A stretch of 62,325 nucleotides of DNA, the filler included, from Squatina squatina (taxonomy: Eukaryota), in assembly GCA_031763465.1 (NCBI GenBank). It is 4 parts of 4 records of this genome, joined end to end, with 100 filler letters (N's around TTAATTAATTAA, not from the genome) between each part and the next. Parts side by side here need not be neighbours in the genome. Positions count along the whole stretch, not along the records: positions 1 to 18,636 come from JARFOE010313528.1; positions 18,737 to 33,011 come from JARFOE010000194.1; 2 more parts are not named here. One strand, written 5' to 3'. Shown piece after piece: positions 12,174-21,740 of this stretch. How positions within the stretch are numbered: position 1 is the first letter of the stretch; each line of letters opens with the position of its first letter. The notes beneath the pieces were generated by a model. The model saw only the letters and a program-made list of their open reading frames with translations. It did not search any database and had not been told where the DNA came from. The position numbers and the translations under genes were made by a program.

Positions 12174-13553
12174 GGGCCCTGAAATTGTGATCTCCCCGTC
12201 TGGGAACGATGTCGGTTATGGGGCTGTTCACCATAAGCCCGCATAACTGGCATTTGCGGTCTGTCAAGAATCATCTTGACAGATGAGACGTTCAGCTGCA
12301 CAGCTGATCCCAGCGCTGAGTTTTGAAATACATTTGCAAAATTTTTGCTGAGGATCTCTTTCAAGTTGCTTCATACCTGTTAAAATCGAGCGTCTCTGCT
12401 TGGTTTTACCTGCGTAAGAAATGTTAAGAAGCTTTTAATCAAGAAATTAATGGACATTATTTAAAACCATGTAAACCCAACATGGCCTCGAAATTGCGAT
12501 CGGAGGCTTCCTGTGTGTGAACTTATCTAAAGCTACTGGATCCACAGGACCATGCGATATTCAGCCCCCACCCTAGTTGGGGATTCAGAGTGGGGCTATC
12601 GACTTTCCCGGGCAATCCAACGAAGCGGCTGGGTCGTCCCATGGGAGAGTCGAGCCAATCAGATAGGTGCATTTTGTCATTGAACTTTTTGCAGTTCAAA
12701 GCGATCTGCCAAGAACTGTCAAACGTTAAATAAAAGATGAAAACAACACTAATACATCCCAAAACATTTTTAAAACTATCATAACATGAAAATGTAATAA
12801 AAAGGAGAAAAATAACAAACCTTTGTTTTTTACCTTTTAAAAACTTACTTAACTCACTATGTATGGTTTTAAAGTAATGCCAATTTATTTTTTTTGAATT
12901 AAAACATTTTAACCTTTCTTACACTGGTAAAACCAAGCAGATACTCTTGGTTTTACCGTGCGTAAAAAAATTGAAGAAATCCCCAGCTGAAAATTTGGCT
13001 AAAATATCGCAAAACTCAGGTCTATGGATGGACTTCGCAGCAGCAGCGATGGATCTGCCCAGAAGATTCTTACCATGTAGAGCCCCATTCCCGGCTTTTG
13101 CGATGTCTCCTCATGTGTGTGGGAACATCCTTCACACCTGGGGAGATCGCAATTTCAGGTCCCTATGCTTTTTAAACATTTTAAGTTTTGTTTGAAGATT
13201 TCAAACAATGTGTTATTTAGCCTTATAAAATTTTAATGTTGTAAATAGTTTTACTGTTTTGTATTGTTTTTCATCTTTCATTGAACTTTTGCCAGATCTT
13301 GACAGAGCACTGAGAGCTGTCAAAAGGCCAATGAAAAATATACCTACCTGATTGGCTGGGGCATCCCACCTGACGTCTCCAACCCCTTGGCTCAAATTCC
13401 CCGGGAATCTACAGAGCCGCACTCTGAATGTCCAAATTGGTGGGGCTGAACATAAAATGGTTGCGTCGATTCAGGCTCATTAGGTAAGAACGGAACTTTT
13501 TTTGCAACTGGACGCATCCACAAGCAGGAAGCCTCCAATCGCAATTTCAGGGC
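12174..13553 (+). mobile_element. Non-autonomous DNA transposon (MITE-like), outer copy
   Basis: Terminal inverted repeats GGGCCCTGAAATTGTGAT ... ATCGCAATTTCAGGGC. The body matches the uninterrupted copy at 42798-43523. Confidence 0.85.
12484..13163 (-). mobile_element. Same MITE family, nested in reverse orientation inside the outer copy
   Basis: Starts GGCCTCGAAATTGCGATCGGAGGCTTCCTG (reverse complement of the outer right end) and ends GGGAGATCGCAATTTCAGGTCCC (reverse complement of the outer left end). Confidence 0.85.
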
Positions 13554-14784
13554 TGAAGTTATTGTTCTGTTATAACAGAAAGAGCAGAGTGAGACGACAC
13601 ATCAGCAACGATTGTCGGATACATCGGTTATGCTGGCTCAGTGAAAACTGGCAGCTACCACCGCTCTACCACATGGGAGTCTGCAGGATCTATGTGAACT
13701 GGATAATTCACAAACAGAGAGCGGCAAATTAACCAAGCCTCAGAAGATCTGTACAGCATCCTGAGCTTGGGAACCAGCCAATTAAGTCGGTGGATCACAA
13801 CTGATGTGAATTAAATATTTATGAACAGTAGGGACCTCTGTATAAACAGGGTTAGGATCTCTAATGTCACTTACAGCAATAGTCTGGACAGAAAAGACGG
13901 GTACCAGAAGAATGATGCAAATTGGGATATTTTGAACTGAGAAGTTATATTCAACCATGATCCATGGTGAGATGAGTGGTGGTCTGGGAAAGTGCTGCCA
14001 GTGGCCAACATTGTGACCACTACTCGACATAATGCAAACTGAGCAGGCAATACTCGCATCTACGATGATATATGTTTGTTGGCTCAAGGTATTGGTGCAC
14101 TGTTACCCGAGATAAGGATGGTAAATGATGGGTATCACCTGGTTGATGTCCAGAGGTGTTATGCAGCCATTGTGTGGTTTCACAAGGCATTGAATGGTGC
14201 GGAATATAAGGTCCTTCCGGCTGCTTGTGAGCCAGGAATGCATTCCTCTTTCAAACCTTACATCCACCATCCAGCAACGAAACCAGCAGAATACACAATA
14301 GATATTATGCAGTGACTGGTTATGGCAAGATGGCGGCCTGAGGAAGGTGAGTAGCCTGGCCCGTCCTGCAGGAGCCTGAGAAGCCCAGCCCAGGGCGCAT
14401 TTCATAAAACGCTGCACTTAATACAACTTCAGTGTTGGCATTGCTGTCAAAAGCTGCTTTTTAATATAATGTTAATATTGTATAATATAAATGAGGAGAG
14501 GGGATGCGATGGAGTGGGTGTGAGAGGACTTGAGGGATTGAGTTAACGGGAGTATCTCTGTCTGTATGTGTGTGCTTGTTTGTGTGTTTATGTGTGTCTG
14601 CATAGGTCCATCCAGCAGAACCTGGTCTCCAATTGTCTTGAGTCTCCTTTCCATTGGGCCAAGAATTTGCTCTTTCAACATCTTGTGGTAGCTGCTGTGC
14701 AACGACCACCTCACATCAAATTCTTTCACGCACTGGTATTTTACATCAATCAATATGAAGTTTTGCACCTAGTACTTCAGTCCC

Positions 14785-17700
14785 CTCATGGCTAACCTCA
14801 ATAGCGACAGATCTGAAAGGTGCACCGCTGTCATAGGCCTGGAAGTCAGATGATTCGACATTGACATTGATGCCCGAACAGGAGAAGGTGGTGCATACAC
14901 CTTCAACTGGCAAGGAAGGCCAGAAAAAGAACGCTGTCTCGATGGTTTGGGAATTGCCATCGAAAGTTAGATAATTAGTTGTCTAAGTGAGTGGACATTT
15001 AGGGTAAACGAATGTCTCATGACCGGAACAATGACGCTATGGAATCATTATGCTATGGTCGTAAGTGTGTACGCCCCAACCCTAGAAGCTATGGGCGAGA
15101 CCAACGAAGAATTCTAATCAAGCCTTGAACAATCCTTGACCTGAGTTCCAACGGGAGATAAGCTGATCCTCCTGGAGAAATCAATGTCTGAGTTGCAAAG
15201 GACGCAACTCTCTGGAAAGGTGTGTTTGACAGGGAAGGAGTTGGGAAAGCAAACTCCAACGGAGCCCTCCTCCTGGTGACATGCTTAGAACATGGTCTTG
15301 TCATAACCAACACACTGTTTAATCAGAGAGATAAATACAAGTCCTCATGGCAAAACGCTCGGGCCAGGCATTGACGCCTATTGGACTACATCATAGTCCG
15401 ATTGAGGAACCGCGTGGATGTCTGCATCACGTGTGCCAGAACAGGGGTCACTGACTGGGTAGCGACCACCGCCTAATCCATTGGGTTATTTCCATCAACC
15501 TAGCTCCAAAACTGCAGCAGCAAGAGAAACGCTGTCACAGAAAGATCAACGTCCTAGGCCACAAATACCCTGCAAAGAGAATCCAATTCAGTCAATTCCT
15601 CACAGCCAGCCTGACTGTCCCAATGAACCGGAGCTGCAGAGAGTCCACATTGCCTGGTCTACCCTTAATACAACAATATTCACACTTGGGAAGAGATTCT
15701 TTGTTTTACTGCCAGAAAACATCAAGACTGGTGTGATGAGAATGACCAGGTGATCCAGCGGCTACTGACCGTTAATGCAAGGTGTGCTTGAATTGGAAAA
15801 ACCATCACAACTGGAGAGAAATAAATCAGTTCGACAGACAACTGAAGGTCGAGGTCCAACACATAACTCGCGCTCCAAAAAAAGATGGGGTTTGGTAACG
15901 GCGCAGGAGATCCAACAACTAACCAACAACCATGACCTGCGTGGATTCTTTAGCGCAGCCAACACCGGCTATGGCTCAGACAGCCAGGGATATTCCTCGC
16001 TGAGAGCTAAGAATGGAAACGTGCTCATGGAGACAGAGAGACATTCAGCGCCCTGTGGAAGGAGCACTTTGAATAACTCCGCAACCAAGGCTCAGTCTTC
16101 AACATGAGTGGTCTTGATTTCAATACACAGCAAGCTACCCACCACGATCAGGGCACAACCCTTGCTGGTCATTCGGATGAAAAGGCCAACAAACAGCTGC
16201 AAAACGACAATGCCTCAGGAGCAGATGAAGTCCCCGCCAAAGTATAAAAGCATGCCAGAGAAGTACTATTGTCGCGAATCTATAACCTCATCTCCCTTAT
16301 CTTGAAGGAGGAAAGCATGACAGCGAATCTCAGAGTCGTCAAAATCAAGACCATCATCAAAAAACGAGGCAAGTCTTCATGTGTTAATTATAGAGGGGTC
16401 TCTCTGCTGTTTGTCACAAGATACCTTATGATATGAAGCCTCCTGAACTGGCTCTTTCCATTGAGTGAAGTGCTCCTCTCAGGGTCATAATGCAGATTCT
16501 GCCCATTCAGATGTGCAACAGACATGACCTTCACTGGGTGACAAGTCCAAGCGAAATGTGGACAGCAGCATTAACTTCTATACATGGACTGCTTTGACCG
16601 TGAGGGATCCTTGTCTGTCCTTCTCAAATTAGTCTGCTCTCAAAATTCGTCACCACCCGACTATGACAAGTGAGACGTGGTCTTCTCCAATGAATCCATC
16701 ACAGACACAACAGAAGTGCAGACTGGAGTCACTCAAATCTGTGTCATGGCAACAATTGTTTTCTTAATCTTCCGTTCTGTAACACTTAACCTCAACTCTA
16801 ACAACTGCCCTGCTTGATTCGATTTAAACTAGAGGACGAAAGGAAAGTTGATCAAACTCCATTTCCTCCTCTCCAGAAGCAATAACACTCCAACCTCTGT
16901 TATTGAGTTGCGGGATGCAGACGACACTTGCATGTGGGCAGACCCTGAGGCTGAGATCCAATCCTCCCAGAGTAACAAAGCATATTCTGCCCATTAAGAA
17001 GGACAATGGACACGATCTTTACCAGGCAACAATTCAAAGAAAAATGTAGGGAGCAGCATTAAGCTCTGCATGTGGCCTTCTTTGACCTAACCAAGTCCTT
17101 CGAATATTTCAACCGTGAGCGATGATAGAGTCTCCTCTAACTTGGCTGCCCTCAGAATTTTTCACAAAACTTTGCTTGCTCCAGGATAAAGAGTTGTGAT
17201 CCTTACCAACCCATCCACCTCCTGGCCAATCTAGGTGCAAACTGAGGTTCAACAAGCCTGCGTCATCGCACCAATGCTCTTCTCAATGTTCCTTTCTGTA
17301 ACACATCAACTCACCTCGAACAAGCTCATCGCTGGATTGGATTTCATGAACAGGGCGAGCGGGAAATTATTCAATCTTCATCCTCTTCAGTGAAGAATCA
17401 CGACCACATCAACCTCTGTCATCGAGTTGCAGAAGGCAGTCGACGCTTGCGTGTGTGCACACTCGGAGGCAGAGTCCCAAATCATATTGATTCCTTCACT
17501 GAACAGTACAAGAGAATGGGCATTACGTTAAACCTCGGAAAGTCAAAGGTTCTTCAACAACCTGCCCCTGCCTCACAACAACGCCCAACGAATAGCAACA
17601 ACCATGACAAGATCTTGGACAATATTGATCAGTTTCCATATCTTGGGAGCATTCTCTCAGTAATGGCGAACATCGATGACGGAATCCAACACCGCCTCCA

Positions 17701-17951
17701 GTGTGCCAGTACAGCCTTTGGCCACCTGAGGAAAAGAGTGTTCGAAGATCAAGACCTCAAACCGGGCACAAAGTTCATGGTCTAACGTGCAGCAGTGATA
17801 ATCACCGTGTGTATGCAGTGGAGACTTGGACAATGTATAGTGCACACCACAAAACACTAGAGAATTACCAACAACATTGCTTCCTCAAAATTCTGCACAT
17901 ACACTTGCAGGTTAGGTGCAGCAACTTCAGTGGGTTCGCTTCAGCCAACAT
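14785..17951 (+). mobile_element. RTE-clade LINE, decayed endonuclease and RT, with the RT core present twice
   Basis: Decayed N-terminal endonuclease segments (NSDRSERCTA, VSVYAPT, NSNGALLL, LVITNT, LLDYII) and RT C-terminal motifs (FPYLGSIL, RLQCASTAFGHLRKRVF, ETWT). Cut at the right by a CR1. Confidence 0.88.
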
Positions 17952-18636
17952 CATAGAAACATAGAAACATAGAAAACAGGTGCAGGAGTAGACCATTCGG
18001 CGCTTTGAGCCTGCACCGCCATTCAATATGATCATGGCTGATCATCCAACTCAGTAGCCTGTAGCTGCTTTCTCTCCATATCCCCTGATCCCTTTAGCCA
18101 CAAGGCCCACAACTAACTCCCTCTTAAATATAGCCAATGAACTAGCCTCAACAATTTCCTGTGGCAGAGAATTCCACAGATTCACCACTCGCTGTGTGAA
18201 GAAATTTTTCCTCATCTCGGTCCAAAAAGACATCCCCCTTATCCTTAACTGTGACCACTGGTTCTGGACTTCCCCAACATCGGGAACAATTTTCCTGCAT
18301 CTAGCCTGTCCAACCCATTAAGAATTTTACATGTTTCTGTAAGATCCCACCTCAATCTTCTAAATTCGAGCGAATATAAGCCCAGTCGATCCAATTTTTC
18401 TTCATATGAAAGTCCTGCCATCCCAGGGAACAATCTGGTGAACCTTCTCTGTGCTGCCTCTATGGCAAGAATGTCTTTCCTCAGATTAGGAGAAAAAAAC
18501 TGTACACAATACTCCAGGTGTGGTCTCACCAAGGCCCTGTACAACTGCAGTAGAACCTACCTGCTCCTATACTCAAATCCTCTTGCTATGAATGCTAACA
18601 TACCATTCGCTTTCTTCACTGCCTGCTGCACCTGCA
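17952..18636 (-). mobile_element. Young CR1 LINE 3' end, truncated by the scaffold end
   Basis: YRALVRPHLEYCVQF, QRRFTRL and FFTQRVVNLWNSLP, with a (CATAGAAA)n tail. Confidence 0.95.
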
Positions 18637-18736
18637 NNNNNNNNNNNNNNNNNNNNNNNNNNNNNNNNNNNNNNNNNNNNTTAATTAATTAANNNNNNNN
18701 NNNNNNNNNNNNNNNNNNNNNNNNNNNNNNNNNNNN
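18637..18736. other. Artificial scaffold-concatenation linker
   Basis: N44-TTAATTAATTAA-N44 (stops in all six frames), identical at three positions. Confidence 0.95.
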
Positions 18737-18829
18737 GGTCCAGCACTACCAGGGGTCTAACGCAGCCAATTGGGCCCCCAATACTCCTTAACGTTGAGAT
18801 CAGTGCCAGAGCTTTTTTTTTGTCAACAG

Positions 18830-18941
18830 GTGACAGAAGACCCAGTGGAAATCATTGAATCTCGGGCGGAGGTTCGCTCTTTTGAAAGATCTGACGATGT
18901 GATCAAATTGATCGGATATTTTAAAAGTGGAGTTTCTGAAC
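18830..18941 (+). CDS. CASQ2: Calsequestrin internal exon (equivalent to human exon 4)
   Basis: TTTTTTTTGTCAACAG| [37 protein letters not shown] |GTGAGT, 112 bp. Matches calsequestrin EDPVE..KLIG.FKS. CASQ2 rather than CASQ1 is inferred from adjacency to VANGL1. Confidence 0.88.
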
Positions 18942-20058
18942 GTGAGTTACCACCAATCATAACCTCCAGTCTGTTTTGCCACTGTAACTTTAGATGGAAA
19001 GGCATCACTTTGAAAGCTTCACTTTAAGTATGAAAGATTTTGTAACCTCGGAAAACCTTTGCTTAACAATATAAAATGTTGTGATATTTAAAAAATCGAA
19101 TTTATGAGCTGTGCCTACATTATGGCTATTGCTAAAGTACTGTGAATGTATCTAAACACACTAGGAAGCTCACAGTGGACCTCCTGAATCTGTGATTTGT
19201 ATAAACTTGCTCTGTGTGTAAAATTTAAAACATCTTTAAACTTGGGGAGGATTAGAATGACAATTTAATAAAAAAATTGAGGTTGGAAATTACTGTCAGA
19301 TCTTATCATTAGACAAGAATTAACTTGCTCGCAATTATCTGTTCCATGGAATGCTAGGAAGTGTTGTATTCAGTGTACTAAGTTAATAATGAACATGCGA
19401 TATTGCTGCACCGATAATTTGTTTAAAAGGGTCAACTCTTCTGTTAAAATAGCGGGCAAAGAAATATGTACAAGGATATAAGGCTGACTGCAATTTATAC
19501 CTGATGTTCTGAAAATTTACACAGAACAAATATAACCTTATGTTTTCAAAAGTTTTAAAACATCTTATGAACATCAAACCTGCTTTTCATACCTCTCTAC
19601 AAAAAAATTCTCAGTACTCGATTAGTGTTAAAATATCAACTTATATCTTAGCTGAGAAGAAAGTTCTAAAAAGGAACTGGTCTGACTGGCTATCTGACTT
19701 TGAAATAGAAGCAAAATCCCATTGTTTGGACACTTCGAATTGGAGAAATGGTCACTGCTGATAGGTTAAGCAGCTGCAAGTTATATGATAGCCTGCTTTT
19801 TTATTGCACATAACATTTCATCCATTATCAGTCTGGATTACAGAGGCAGGCCCACACAGACTGTCAGGGGAATTTTAATAGTGATGACTAATATGATTCT
19901 CAAATGAAAAAAATAGCAGCAATTTATAACACTTTGGTAGATCAAGGCTTACTTTTCANNNNNNNNNNNNNNNNNNNNNNNNNNNNNNNNNNNNNNNNNN
20001 NNNNNNNNNNNNNNNNNNNNNNNNNNNNNNNNNNNNNNNNNNNNNNNNNNNNNNNNNN

Positions 20059-20248
20059 AATATCCTTCTTCACCATTGCATTGATTCCCTCCTTTACTAA
20101 CAATGCTAACCCACCTCCTTTCCCTTTTTGCCTCTCCTTCCTAAATATTGAATACCCCTGGATGTTCAATCCCCATCCTTGGTTACCCTGCAGCCATGTC
20201 TCCGTAATTGCAACAATATCATAACCGTTTATATTTATTTGCACTGTT
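20059..20248 (-). mobile_element. CR1 ORF2 endonuclease fragment
   Basis: YDIVAITETWLQG...GKGGGLALLVKE. Confidence 0.9.
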
Positions 20249-20250
20249 AG

Positions 20251-20560
20251 GGGTGCCATCTTTTTTCTGAGATGTTAAACTAACGTCCCGACTGCCTGCT
20301 CAGGTGGATGCAAAAGATCCCATGGTACGACTTAAAGAAGAGCAGGGGAGTTGTTCAAGCTAATATTTATTCCTCCACCAAAAACAGGTTAATTTATCAT
20401 TTATCTCCTTGCTGTTTGTGGGACCTTGCTGTGTGCAAATTGGCTGCTGCAATTGTCTACATTTCAACAGTGACTCCACTTCAAAAAATAATTTGTTGGC
20501 TATAACATACTTTGGGATGCTCCGAAGATGTGAAAGAAACTATAATTGCAAGTTCTTTCT
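20251..20560 (+). mobile_element. DeuSINE-type SINE (SacSINE1/AmnSINE1-like Deu domain), 5' part missing
   Basis: GAGATGTTAAAC...CTCAGGTGGATGCAAAAGATCCCATGG...AAGAAGAGCAGGGGAGTT matches the Deu core. It is the reverse complement of the copy at 61288-61560. Confidence 0.8.
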
Positions 20561-20637
20561 TTCTTTTAGCATTTAGAAATATTCATAAGTCTCTCACAAT
20601 GTAACGCAAATTTTTGATTTTTTTTTCTTCTGTATAG

Positions 20638-20692
20638 GAGGACGACATGGATGGGATCCAAATTGTTGCTTTTGCTGAAGAAGAAGATCCTG
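20638..20692 (+). CDS. CASQ2: Calsequestrin internal exon (equivalent to human exon 8)
   Basis: TTTTTTCTTCTGTATAG| EDDMDGIQIVAFAEEEDP+G |GTAATT, 55 bp. Matches calsequestrin EDD..GI.IVAFAE..DP. Confidence 0.88.
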
Positions 20693-21734
20693 GTAATTTC
20701 CATTAAAGTTGATCCTAAAATCACAGGATATGGCACAGAAAAAGGCCCTTCAGCCCACCACATATTTTTCTCCTCATGTCGAATCTCCTAGGTTAATCTC
20801 ACTCCCCTGCTTGTTCCCCATACTCTTTAATGTCCCTTTTTTAAGGTAGCTATCTAATTCCCTTTTAAAATAATTTATGGACTCCTCTTCAACAAGGATT
20901 TGTGGCAGAGCATTGCACACTCTAACTATAACCTATACAAAGAAATTGTCATTTTAATTCTTATGTTAATTTAGNNNNNNNNNNNNNNNNNNNNNNNNNN
21001 NNNNNNNNNNNNNNNNNNNNNNNNNNNNNNNNNNNNNNNNNNNNNNNNNNNNNNNNNNNNNNNNNNNNNNNNNNGTATGTGCAAGATGACTGCCATTTTA
21101 CTTGTATGTCACTGTACTTCACATACTATGAATTACTTTGAAGTGTTTATTTAATCTCAGAAATGTATCTAAAGAGCTGCACCCGTCAGCTGGGACAATT
21201 GCCTCTGAGCACTGTCACTGGCAAATGCCTAGTCTTCACTTGACATTACCTCAATATCACGTGTTTCCAGTCGCACCATTCACAGATCAGTACAGACCTG
21301 CAATGTACTACTCCATTGTAAAGCATTGTAATTATCCGCTGTATTATTTCCCATTGTTGATGTTCACTGGCATTCATTGAGCAACCAGACAGAGCTTAGA
21401 TGTGACAAAAGCATGGATAAGGATTTTACTGGTGGTAGGTAAGCTAAGGGCAGAGGCAGGTGGTGCTCCAGGAGGTGAAAGTAAGCAATGCTGGTAACAA
21501 ATAGGAAGTTCCGCTCTGGGTTGTGAAGGGTGCCAAGATTTTCCCTACCTAACGCAATCGTGGGCCTATTGCAAGGACCACAGTGGTGCAAAGCTGCAGC
21601 TGAGCATCGCTTTCTCAGGGCTACAATGAGTAGGCAACAAATGCAGCCTTGATAAGTGTTGCCAACATCCTGAGGACAAATGAAACAAAAGCATTTTACT
21701 GACAAACAGAGGCAGGCCAGCTCTAGTTTTCCTC

Positions 21735-21740
21735 TTTATT
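21735..21740 (-). terminator. Candidate VANGL1 polyadenylation signal (AATAAA)
   Basis: The minus strand reads TTTTGTACATGG...AATAAA...TGTTTGTC...TTTTGTTTCATTTGT: UGUA upstream and a GU/U-rich tract downstream. Confidence 0.5.

Larger units (their letters stand above)
11027..14354 (+). pseudogene. Decayed ~640-codon intronless reading frame of unknown family (candidate endogenous viral element or unrecognised TE ORF), interrupted by nested MITEs
   Basis: Hand translation gives protein-like sequence in one frame over 11027-~11597, then after one frameshift in a second frame over ~11598-12159 and 13579-14354. Internal stops counted by hand: 18 TGA, 5 TAA, 0 TAG. No family recognised. Confidence 0.55.

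Noticed and set aside
11027-14354. TGA-as-Trp genetic code (mitochondrial or Mycoplasma contaminant)
   Set aside because: TAA stops and a frameshift remain, host MITEs are inserted in it, and Trp would give implausible runs such as MWWWR. Arg via CpG decay fits better.
18681-18692. TTAATTAATTAA as a biological motif
   Set aside because: It is embedded symmetrically in Ns three times and is an artificial six-frame-stop linker.
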